Shown here: positions 30,101 through 42,100 of the stretch, piece by piece
How positions within the stretch are numbered: position 1 is the stretch's first letter
Layout of the letters: each line of letters begins with the position of its first letter
NCBI GenBank assembly: GCA_945874745.1
Contig: CAMCIN010000001.1
Span: forward strand, 1 to 52,081
Length of the DNA: 52,081 bases
DNA from: Akkermansia muciniphila
GTDB lineage: Bacteria > Verrucomicrobiota > Verrucomicrobiia > Chthoniobacterales > Chthoniobacteraceae
Reading direction: 5' to 3'
Notes under the pieces: generated by a model
Seen by the model: the letters and a program-made list of their open reading frames with translations, nothing else
What the model was told of the DNA's origin: nothing
Database searches by the model: none
Position numbers and translations under genes: made by a program

Positions 30101-33100
30101 GGCATCAGGCCCGGCGACGGTGCTCGCGGCGATGGATGCTGCGTCCAGCGCCTTGTTCCACATCCTCAGTTCCGAAAAAGTAGCGGCGGAGGTGGGATCT
30201 CCATAGTGGGAACGACCCAGCCAGAAGACACCCGAGGGAACTTGGGACAGGGTCCGGCCTGCTTCCGAGAACTGCGCAAGCAACACCCCGTCGCGGTACC
30301 AGCGGACCACCGCGTTTGCCGAATCCCACACCACGGCGTAGTGGTACACCCGCCCCAGAGTTGTCACCACCGGAGAGGACGGAGCGATGTTGCCGCTTCG
30401 GGCGGTGTCACAGATGATCGGGTTGGCGATGTCGGTGCCGTTGGCAAATGCGGTGAGGAACGAGGTGTTTGTGTTCACCCCGTCTCCCAACTCCAGAATG
30501 CGTGACCAAGCTTGGACCGCATCAAGGGAGGCCCAGACTTCCATGGTGAAATCCGTCAGCCCGGCCAGCAGGTTGGCGGGCATGCTGATGTAACTGGCCG
30601 TATCCCGGGCGCCGCCCTGCAGCTTGACCCCGCCTGCGGTAAAGGAGGCGTTGCTTGTGCTTGCGCCGGAAGGCGTCGCAATTGCGCCGTGGGCGGTGCC
30701 GATGGAATCTGCAAGAAGGGTGCCGGCCAGTTCGTTGAAGGACCAGCGGTGGATCAATCCGGGCGGATTGGCCGTATTTGCATCGAGTACTACGGTGGTG
30801 GACGAGCCGGTGGACAGAGTCCCCAGTCCGGCGGCGTTTCCTGCCTTCAGCAGCAGGGAGCCTTCGGCCAGGGTGAGGGAGGAAAGGTCGCTCGAGCCCG
30901 CCAGCAAGAGGGTGCCCGCGCCTGTCTTCATGAGCGAACCGCCGCCCGTGAGGGCGCCGCCCACCTCGAGCACCGAGGCGTTCACCTGCACGGTGCGTTC
31001 GCCCGTGAGTGAAACACTCCCTGTTCCCAGGTTCAACGGGGCGGACCCCACGAAGCCGAAGTCGCCCGTCCAGATTTGGTTGAGTGTGCCCGAAAGGGTC
31101 AGGGCCGCTCCGGACACATTGTCGAGGAAGCCACCCGAGATCGTCAGCGCACCGGTTCCAAGCGCGGAAGCCCCGCCAAGCGCCAGGGTGCCGTCGGCCA
31201 GCGTCGTGCCGCCCGCGTAGGTGTTGGTCCCGGACAGAATCCACATGCCAGTCCCCTGCTTCCAAAGCGCCGTGGTATGGGTGGTGCTGTGGTTGGCAAT
31301 GACGCCCGAGAGCAGTGCGATTCCAGCCGTGGAACCCTGCAGCGTGAGCGTTTTGGAACCCGCGCCCGTCGCAGTGACGCTGCCGGAGAAGGTGAGCAAG
31401 CCCGCTCCCGAATGGTCAAGCACCCCGCCGCCGGTGGTGCCCGCGAGGTTAATGACCCGGTCGGTGGTCTGCGCACTGCCGGTGACGCGCAGCAACCCGG
31501 TGGAGGCCAGGCTACCGAGGTCGATGGTGCCGTTGGCCGCGGTGAGCGGCGCTCCGAGGGAACTCGAGGCCGAGCCACCGCTGACCTTGTTGAGCGAGGC
31601 AACCGAGAGGGCGCCGCTCTGGATCCAAGTCTTCCCGGTGTAGGAACTGGTGCCCGTGAGCACGATACTGCCCAAGCCCGCCTTGGTCAGACTCGAGGAA
31701 CCCGACAGGAGGAGAGAGGTGCTGCCCGTAAGATCGCCCGCACCCAGCACGGCGTTGGCGCCGGGGGCGTACACCAGCGCGCCCCCGCCGGTGAGGTTGG
31801 GCGTGGACGCACCACTTTGGAGCAACACCGTCGTGCCAGTGGCTGCGTTGATCGTGACTCCGGCGGGCAGCGCGTACGCGCCGTTGAGTACGAGGGTGCC
31901 CGCGGTGAGATTCACCGGACCGGTGAAGGTGTTGGTTCCGCTCAGGATCAGCGTGCCGGCGCCCTTTTTGCCGAGCGCGTAGGCTCCGGAGACGTTTGCG
32001 ACGGACAGCGTACCCGAGGAGACCGTCACCTCAGTGTCCGCGTTCAGGAGCACCGACCCGGCACTCGTGTCGAGTATCCCGGTGCCCGCATAGGCGAAGT
32101 CGCCGTTCCAAACCTGGACCATCGAAGCGAGCGTGACCGGTGCGGCGATACCCGAGGCTTCGATTAGAATAGCCGCCAAACTGCCACGGCCACCCTGGCC
32201 CGTATTGCCGTTGATCGTTGCCGTCGCACCGCTGAGGTTGCTCACTTTCCAGTAGTTCCCCCGCCGCGCGCTGGCGACGTCGATCTGGATCCATTTACTC
32301 CCTGCGGCTGCCCAGGAGCCGAAGGCGGGAGCCAGCATGGGAGAGGCGCCACCGAAGACCCAGGTGTTGTTCACCCTAAAATCTTGCGTGTTGTAGGGGG
32401 TCAGGTCGTTGTCGCTCGCAACGATACCGTACAGATTATAACTGGCGTAAGGAATGTTGGTGATCGTCACCGTGTTGGGTGAGTCGTCCAAATAACCGAG
32501 CAGGATTCTGGCATCCTGAGAACTCGTGGCCGTGCCGTTGACCCGCCAGGTGTTGCCGGTGGTCCACGCCACATTCACCATCGAATTCGCCCCCGTGTCA
32601 TCGGACAGCCCCGTCCTGCTTCCGGAGGCCTCCGCCGCCGTTGCGTTCCAAATTCTGGTGCCCAACGGTCCCTTCGGGGTCGTGGAATCAAGCGTTTCCA
32701 GGGACACGTTGTCTTTAAAGTCCAGCGCCACCACGCGGGAGGTGATTCCCACGGCGTTGATCGCAGCGCCGGGATAAATGGTGAGTGACCCGGTTCCTAG
32801 TGCGTTGGCATTGGTGATCAGGAGCGTCCCTTCATACACCGTCGTCCCACCGGAGTACGTGTTCGCGCCCGAAAGCGTCCAGATACCGGTCCCGCGCTTG
32901 GCAACCGCCGTCGTGTTGGTCGGGCTGTTGTTGGCGATGGCACCCGAAATCTCGCCGGTGCCGGAAATCGACCCCTGCAGTGTGAGGGTCTTCGCACCCG
33001 CGCCGGTGGCCGTCACGCTGCCCGTGAAAACGAGCGCGCCCGTGCCCGACTGGTCCAGCACGCCGCCGCCGGTGGTACCCGCGAGGTTGATGATCCGGTC

Positions 33101-36100
33101 GGTGGTCTGCGCGGGCCCGGTCGCCACGAGCGAACCGGTGGCGGTCAGACTGCCAAGGTCGATGGTGCCGTTGGCCGCGGTAGTCGGAGCCCCCAGCGTA
33201 CTCGACGCCGTCCCGCCGCTGACCTTGTTCAGCGTGGCGACCGCGAGGGCGCCGCTCTGGATCCACGTCTTCCCTGTGTAGGAATTGGCCCCCATCAGCA
33301 CGATGTTCCCCAGGCCCACCTTGGTGAAGGTGGAGGAGCCCGAAAAGACGAGACCGGTACTTCCCGAAGTGTTGTTGGCACCCAGGGTGAGAGGAGAGCC
33401 GGGGGTGATTACCAGACTGCCGCCTCCGGTGTAGCCCATAAGCATCGCACCATTCTGGAGCAGGACCGTGGCCCCCGGGGCGATCGAGAGCGCCGAGTCC
33501 GTTGAGACCGACCCCAGACCCGAAAACACGAGCGTGCCGGCATTAACGGCGGTGAAGCCGGTGTGGGTGTTGACACCCGAGAGCGTGACGGTACCCAAGC
33601 CCGACTTGACGAGATTGACCACGCCTCCTCCGGAGAGCGAACCGTTAAAAGAGGCGGAGCCCCCCGTCAGGTTCAACGCCAGCGTCCCTGCGCTCAGACT
33701 GTTTGTGTTGAGGACGACGCCGCCCCCGCCCAGGTAGTCGGAGAGCGATTTGACGGTCTGGCTGCTTCCGTTGAGGTCGAGGGCCGCTCCCGTCCCCAGT
33801 TTGACTTCGGTGAGGCTGGGCAAGACCCCGGGACCGCTTGCGGAAATCGTGCCGGTGTCAGCCACCAACCGGAGGGTGCCTGTGGTGACCACCGTGGCTC
33901 CCTGATACGCCAGCGTGCCGGAGAGGGAAACCACCCCGGACCCGGAGACGAGCAGCGTCCCCGAGCCGCTGATCGGGTTGCCATAGGCCCCGACTGAGCC
34001 AGTAGCAAAGCCCAGGTACGCCCCGTTGGAAAGGGAGACCGCACCGCTGCCAAGCGCCCCGTTGGCGCCCACCCACAGACTGCCGCCGGTAACGGTCGTG
34101 CCGCCTGTGTAGGAGTTGGCGCCCAAAAGGCTCGCCTGATCCGTGCCTGTTTTTTGCACCGAACCGGCACCCGTGATCTGGTTGGAAAGATTGAGCGGCG
34201 AAGTGAAGACCGCGTCCGGGCCGGCAGCCGAGCTGGCAGTGACCTCGGCGGCGGACAGCGCCCGGTTCCACATCCGCAGATCGTAATACGAAATGTTCCC
34301 GTTTGATCCATTGATCGACTTTCCGAGCCAGAACACCGCACTGGAAACCTGAGAAAGCGCGCGTCCGGCTGTCGATGTAGACGCCAAAAGCACGCCGGAA
34401 CGGTAGTACTTGATTAACGAATTCTCAGCATCCCAGATCAACGCCCAGTGGAACATCTGTCCCACGACACCGGTCACGGCGACGGTGGACACCACCGGAT
34501 TGGCGAGGTCCAGGGCGGCGAAACTCGGATACCCAGAATCGTTTCCATTGCGGAAAAGCGCCGTCAGCGAAGTGGCGACAGAGACGCCGTTGCTGATTTC
34601 AAACATACGCGAATAACCTCTCGCCACATCCTCGGAGGCCCAAACCTCAAGGGTCACGCTGGTCAGGCCGTCCAGCAGGTTGGGGGGAAGGGACACATAA
34701 CTGCCCAAGCCCGTCACATTGATTTTTCCGGCGCCCAAGGTCGTGTAGCCTGTATTTCCGGAAATATCCACGATGGCCGCGTGGGAGGTTCCGACTGAAT
34801 CCGCGAGGACATTGCCGGCCGCCTCGTTGAAGGACCATCTGTGGATGAGGCTTGCAGGGTATTGCACCTGGGTTCCGAGCGAGAGCACCGTCCCAAGCGT
34901 GGTCGACACCGTCCCCGTTCCAACGGCGTTTTGGGAGTTGAGCAGGAGCGTGCCGCCGGTGAGGTTGACCGCGGCAAAGCTGTTTGAACCCGCCAGCACC
35001 AGCGTGCCGGCGCCGGCCTTGGTCAGGGCGCCGTCGCCCAGGATCGAACCGTCAAACTGGAGGGTCGATGCGTTGACCACGATGGTCCGGTCCCCGCTCA
35101 TTCCGATGGTGCCGGCCGAGAAGCTCAGGCTGTTGGAGCCAAGGAAGCCGAAGTCCCCCGTCCAGGACTGGACGAGCGGCGTGGAGATCGTCAGAGCGGA
35201 GCCGGACGCGTTGTTGAGGAAGCCGCCGCTGATGGTCAGCGTGCCCGTGCCGAGCGCGCCGGCGTTCCCGAGAGAGAGGGTCCCCGCGGCAAGCGTCGTG
35301 CCGCCCGAATACGTGTTGGCCCCGGAAAGCGTCCAGGTGCCGGTGCCCTGTTTGAGCAGCGCGGTGGTGTTCAGGAGGCTGTTGTTGGCGAGGACGCCGG
35401 AGAGCTGGCCGGTCCCCTCGGTGGAGCCCTGCAGGGTGAGCGTCTTGGAGCCCGCGCCCGAGGCCGTGAAACTGCCAGTAAGCAGCAACGCTCCCATCCC
35501 GGACTGGTCGAGCACGCCGCCGCCGGTGGTGCCGGCGAGGTTGAGCGGACGGTTGGAAACCTGAGCGGTGCCCGTCAGCACAAGAGACCCGGTGGAAGTC
35601 AGTGAACCCAGGTCGATGGTGGCACTCGTCAAGTCAACCGGCGCCCCGAGGGAACTCGTAGCGAGGGCGCTTACATAAGTGGAAGGCACGCCCTTGCGAA
35701 TCGTCCCGTTCGAGTAGTCTGCCAGGTAAAGATTCCCAAGCGCATCCAACGAGATCTGGGCCGGAGCAGAGAACGTGGCGACAGTGCCCACCCCGTTTCC
35801 GTTCCCGGCCTGCCCGCTGCCGCCAATGGTGCTGACCAGCCCGTTGGGGCGAATCACCCGTACGCGGTTCCCGCTGTGCTCGGTCACATACAAATTTCCG
35901 GATCGGTCAAATACGACGCCAAACGGATGGTTGAACGTGGCCGTCTCTTTGGGGCCGTCGACGGAGCCCGCAACCAAGGAGCCCGCAAAGGTCGTCACAA
36001 AACCCGCCGGGGTGATTTTGCGGATCATGTTGTTGACCTGATCTGCGGCGTACAAGTTTCCCTCAGCGTCGAGGGCAAAACAGTCCAGGTATCTAAAGGT

Positions 36101-39100
36101 GGCCACCGTGCCTGCCCCGTTTGTGTCGCCCATGGCTCCCGAACCCGCCAAGGTCGAAACGACCCCGCCAGGGGTGACCTTGCGGATCTTCTGTCCCGAG
36201 CGGTCGCCCACGTAGACGTTGCCGTTTGAATCCACAGTGAGTCCCCACGGGTCGTTGAAGGAAGCCGCCACGCCCACGCCATCCACACTGTTCGCGACAC
36301 CATTTCCGGCCACGGTCGAGACCAACCCAGCGGTGGTGATTTTCCTGAGTTTGTGGTTTCCAGAATCCGCCACGTACACGTTGCCCGCGTTATCGAGCGC
36401 GACCCCCTTGGGTGCGGTAAAGCGGGCAGCGGTGCCCAAACCGTCCGTGGTTCCGGAGCTGCCCTGCGCTCCGGCGAAGACGGTCACCACCCCGGCGGCG
36501 GTCACCTTTTTAATGCAGTGGCCATCCGTAACATAAACGTTTCCAGCGGGATCTGCCACGGCTCCAAAGTTGGCGGTGAACCCCGTCGCCAGTGTAGACC
36601 AGGTGTAGGACCCGCCCGTAAGCGCGTTCAACGAAGCAGCCCACAGCGCGCCCTGTTGGATCCAGGTCTTCCCGGTAAAGGAAGCGGGATCGGTTAGGCT
36701 GAGGCTGCCGGTGCCCACCTTGGTGAGCGAGGAAGAGCCGGAAAGGATGACGCTGGAACTTCCTGAAACGTTGTTTGCGCCGAACACAGCGTTCGCACCC
36801 GGCCCGTAGGCGAGGGACCCGGCGCCCACCACGTTAGGAGTCGTCGCCCCGTTTTGCAGGAGCAAGGTCGCGCCGGAGGCGAGGTTGATCGTGACGCCCA
36901 AGGGGAGCGCGTTTGGCCCGTTGAGGACTAGGGTGCCCGCCTCGAGGCTCAGAGGCCCAGAGAAGGTGTTGGTGCCCGAGAGAACGAGGGTGCCAGCACC
37001 GGTTTTGCCGAGAAGGAAGGCGCCGGAAATATTTGCCACGGTGAGCGTGCCAGCCGCAACACGCACCGTCGCGTGGGCATTGAGAGAAACAAAACCCGCG
37101 CTCATATCCAGCGCATTGGAGCCGAGGAAGGAGAAGCTGCCGCCCCAGATTTGGGGCATCGCACTCAGCGTGACCGCGGTGCCGGCATCTAGGGTGGTGC
37201 CATCGGCGATGGTGAACGGCCCCCTGCCCAGGGCGCTGTTGTTACCGAGGACCAGCGTGCCTTGGGAAAGCGTGGTGGCTGCGGTGGTGTTCGCGCCGGT
37301 CAGGAGCACCGTTCCCGCCGTTGTTTTGTTCAGCCCTAGGGAGGCAATCCCGTTTGTCGCCAGGGTGGATATCTCGGACCCGGAAAGGGTCCGCTGCCAG
37401 AAACTCACTTCGTCGATGTGTCCGACAAAATACCCTCCGGGAAAGCCGGCTAACGATTGCCCGATCGTGAATGGCCACGTCCCGGCCCCGGTCGCAACCG
37501 AGGGTTCCGACGCCCCTGCAAAGCTACCCGTTTTTTCCAGAACGCCATTTACGTAAAGGCTCAGGGTGTTGCTTCCGGAAACCCCGGTTACGGCAACGTG
37601 CACCCAGTTTCCCGTCCGCACATTGGAAGTCGAAACCACCGCGCCGATACCGTAGATGTCATAGACCACGTTTCCGGTAGAGTTGATGTAAAGAACTGGG
37701 GTGGAGCCGCCGGCTCCGGCAGACTTCCCAAAAATCACGTGGTTGGCCGTGTCTGTAAACCCGGTCCGGATCCAAGCGCTGACAGTGAAGGCCGTTAGGG
37801 CGTTCATGTTGAGATCTCCACCGGCCAGGGTCACCCGGGTCGACCCGTTAAAGTAGGCACTGGCCCCCCCCGCCCTAACCCCAGCCGGAACGGACGACGT
37901 AAAGGACCCTGTCCCCACCCACGTTCCTGAATGCGTTCCAACGGACGACCCGTCGTTTAGGTTTCCTTCAAAACTCAACTGCGCTTTCAAATTGGCTTCG
38001 AGGGAGGACTGTCCGGCAAGGCTCGCACTGACCAAGCCGCTCTGAAGCTCGAACACTTTCCCCGTCGTTGTCAGCGTCCCGTTGCGAATCGTCCCACCGG
38101 AAAGGATGATGGTTCCCGAGGTGGAGTGGCTGTAGCCCCCCAGATCCAGCGTCCCACCGGAAACCCTGATGTCGCCCGTGGTCGCCAGCCTGTCGGACCC
38201 ACCCGCGAGCGCCAGAATCCCCGACTCGACCGTGGTTCCACCGGTGTAACTGTTGACGCCGGAAAGCGTCCAGGTCCCGGTGCCCTGCTTGAGCAGCGCT
38301 GTGGTGTGGGTGGCACTGTTGTTGGCGATGGCACCGGAGAGCTCGCCGGTGCCCGAGGTGGAGCCCTGCAGGGTGAGCGTCTTGGCGCCTGCGCCGGTGG
38401 CCGTCACGCTGCCAGAGAGCACGAGCGCGCCGGTGCCCGACTGGTCGAGGACGCCGCCGCCGGTGGTGCCGGCCAAGTTGATCACGCGGTCGGTGGTCTG
38501 CGCGGAACCGGTAAGGACTAGCTTGCCGGTGGCCGCGAGACTCCCCAGATCAATGGTCCCGTTGGCGGCGGTAAGAGGCGCCCCGAGAGAGCTAAAGGCT
38601 GTCCCGCCGCTGACTTTGTTGAGGGAGACTACCGAAAGGGCGCCGCTCTGAATCCAGGTCTTCCCAGTGTAGGAATTGGCGCCGGTGAACACGATGCTGC
38701 CCGTCCCCACCTTGGTGAAGTTCGAGGAACCGGAAACCACAAGGCTGGAACTTCCCGAGTTGTTGTCCGCGCCCAAGAGAGCGGGAGAACCGGGCGAGAC
38801 CACCAGGCTGCCGCTTCCGGTGTAGCTGTTGAGCATCGCACCGTTCTGCAAGAGCACCGTGGCGCCCGAACCAATCGACACCAACGAGTTGGGTGACACG
38901 GCCCCAAGGCCTGAAAATACGAGTGTCCCGGCATTGACGGCGGTAAACCCGGTATGGGTGTTGGCGCCCGAGAGGGTGACCGTGCCCGCGCCGGCCTTCA
39001 CCAGATTGAGCGTGCCGCTTCCAGAGAGGGAGCCGCTGAAGGAGGACGCGCCCCCCGCCAGGTTCAATACCAACGTCCCTGCGCTGAGACTGTTTGTGTT

Positions 39101-42100
39101 GAGCACCACGCCGCCCCCGACAAGGTAATCGGACAGCGAATTGACGGTTTGTATGCTCCCATTGAGGTCGAGGGTTGCTCCAGTCCCCAGTCTGACATCC
39201 GTGAGGGTAGGCAGAAATCCGGGGCTGTATGCGGACGGCCCGTTTGTCATCAAACTGCCGACCTGTGCGGCGCTCAGTGCCGAACTAAAAACAGACACCC
39301 CGCTGATGGACCCCACAAATTGGGCCGCTCCATCGCCAGTGTTGTTGGAAAAGCCGATCCGCATCATTTGGGTGCCGTTCTCGGCGTTGCCCATCGAGGT
39401 GGCGGTTCCATCTGCCACCCCGTTTACATAGAAGGTTGTCGTGCCATTCTCCCGCACCATGGAGATGAACTTCCAGGTGCCATCCGCGACGTTGGAGATG
39501 CCCCCGATGAAGCCTACGTTATTCTGGGCCCCGCCGATGTGCGTGCCCTTCCAGACCCCCGAGGAACTGTTGCCCGTGAGGTTGGTCAAAAAGAACGACT
39601 GGCTGTTGATGCTCCAGGTCGCAGGCCCCTTATAGAAAAATTCGCCGCCAGGTGTGGAGGTCTTGATCCACATGGCGATGGTGTACGCCTTGCCGGCGCC
39701 GCCCCCCAGATCAGGAAGATTCCCACTCACGGGGTTGATTTCAAGATAGTTGGAGCCTGTAAAAGTGACGTACCCCTGACCCGCGGGGCCTCCCGTCGCG
39801 CTGAAGGTCGGGCTTCCAGAGGCGGTGGTGTTCACGCTGGCGGTGCCGGAGTTGACTGCGCTGCCCGAGGCAAAACTGTAGTACAAGGCGGGACTCGGCA
39901 AATATGCCGAAGGCCACGTGCCGGTGGCGGCCACCAGCCGGAGGGTGCCCGTATTGACCACGGTGGCCCCCTGATAGGCCAGCGTGCCGGAGAGGGAAAA
40001 CACCCCGGAGCCGGAGAGCAGCAACGTGCCCGAACCGCTGATCGCGTTGCCATAGGCCGCGGCCGAATCGGCGGCGAAGCCCAGATAAGCCCCGTTGGAA
40101 AGCATGATGTCACCGCTACCAAGCGCCCCGCTGGCGCCCACCCACAAACTGCCGCCGGTAACGGTCGTGCCGCCGGTGTAGGAATTGGAGCCTGACAGGG
40201 TCACGCTCAAGGGACCGGTTTTCTGCAATGCACCAGCTCCGCTTAAAGCATTGGCCAAAGTAAGGGAGACGGACGGCAGAACGTCGGGGCCGGCCAAGGT
40301 GTTCGCAGCGACCTCGACGCCTGAAAGCGCCTTCTTCCAGAGCCGCACCTCCGCGTAGGTTGCCGCGGAGTTCACGCTGTTGGCGTAATGCGACTTGCCG
40401 AGCCAGAAAACGGTCGAAACCCGTTCGGAAAGCTGATGCCCCAACAACGAGGTTTCACAGAGCAGCACGCCATCCCTGTAAAACTTCGCCTTGTTGTTGG
40501 CGGAATCCCACACGAGGGCCCAGTGGTAGATCCGGCCCAAGGTGAGGGGTGTGGCAGCAGCCGGGGCGGACCGGTCGTGCCAGTTGGCGATAGCAAAGAA
40601 CGGATAGTTGGTGTCCGTCCCGGTGGCAAACTCGGCCAGAGTCTCGGTGCCGGGTCCCACTCCATCTCCAAACTCAAAAATACGCGGGTAGAAGCTACCC
40701 ACGTCCAGGGAAGCCCAGACCTCAACGGTCACATCCGTCAGTCCATTCAAAAGGCCCGAGGGCATCTTGGCATAGCTGGCGGTAAGATCGGAGCCGCCGA
40801 GCATTTTCAGCGACCCTTCTGACAAAGAGGCGTTCGGACTGCCGGAAGGCGTGTAGATGATCCCGTCAGCGCCTCCGACCGAATCCGCAAACGAAGTGCC
40901 GGCGATTTCATTAAAGGACCACCGATTCTTGAGCTCGGCCGGCACCCAAAACTGAGTTGCCAGCGTGACGGTTGTCCCCTGCGCGGTCGACAAGCCCCCC
41001 GCACCGGCGGCAGTCGGAGCGTTCAGCTGCAGGGTGCCCCCGGTCAGGTTCACCGAGGACATGTTGTTGGAGCCGCCCAGTACCAGCGCGCCGGCGCCAG
41101 CCTTGGTCAGCGCGCCACCACCCAGGATCGAACCGTCGAATTCGAGCGCGGCACCGTTGACCACGATGGTCCGGTCCCCGCTCATCGCAATCGCGCCTGC
41201 GGAGAAGGTCAGGTTGTTGGAACCGAGGAAGCCGAAGTCTCCCGTCCAAGACTGCGCGAGCGGTGTGGAGATCGTCAGCGCAGAGCCGGACGCATTGTGG
41301 AGGAAGCCGCCGCTGATGGTCAGCGTGCCCGTGCCGAGCGCACCAGCGTTCCCGAGGGAGAGGGTCCCCGCGGCAAGCGTGGTGCCGCCGGAATACGTAT
41401 TGTTCCCGGAAAGCGTCCAGGTGCCGGTGCCCTGCTTGAGCAGCGCGGTGGTGTTAAGGAGGCTGTTGTTGGCGATGACGCCGGAGAGTTGGCCGGTGCC
41501 CGAGGTGGAGCCCTGCAGGGTGAGCGTCTTGGCGCCCGCGCCGGTGGCCGTCACACTGCCAGAGAGCACGAGCGCGCCGGTGCCCGACTGGTCAAGCACG
41601 CCGCCGCCGGTGATGCCGGCGAGGTTGAGGGAACGGTTGGTGACCTGACCGGTCCCGTTGTAGAGGAGCGTTCCCGAAGCCGTAAGCGAGCCCAAGTCGA
41701 TCGTGGCGTTCGCTAGGGTTGAAGGCGCCCCAAGCGCACTGGACAGACCTGAGGAGACATAGGAGGCAGGCACCCCTCTACGGAGCGCGGCGTTTGAGCT
41801 GTCAGCCACGATCAGGCCACCAAAAGGATCCACCATGATCGCCGAGGGCCCGTTGAAAGAAGCGGCCGTGCCCGTACCGTTGGTAAAGCCAGCGCTGTTG
41901 CCTCCAATGGTCGTCACGGTTCCGTTAGCCCGGATCAAGCGAATCCGTTGTTCCCAGAAATGGGTGACATAGACGTTGAGCTGCGCGTCTACCGCGACCC
42001 CATACGGGTTGTAAAACTGCGCGGTAGTAATGTTTCCGTCGGCCGTGCCGGGGACCCCAGTACCCGCAAACGTGGTCACGACCCCCGCCGGGGTGATTTT

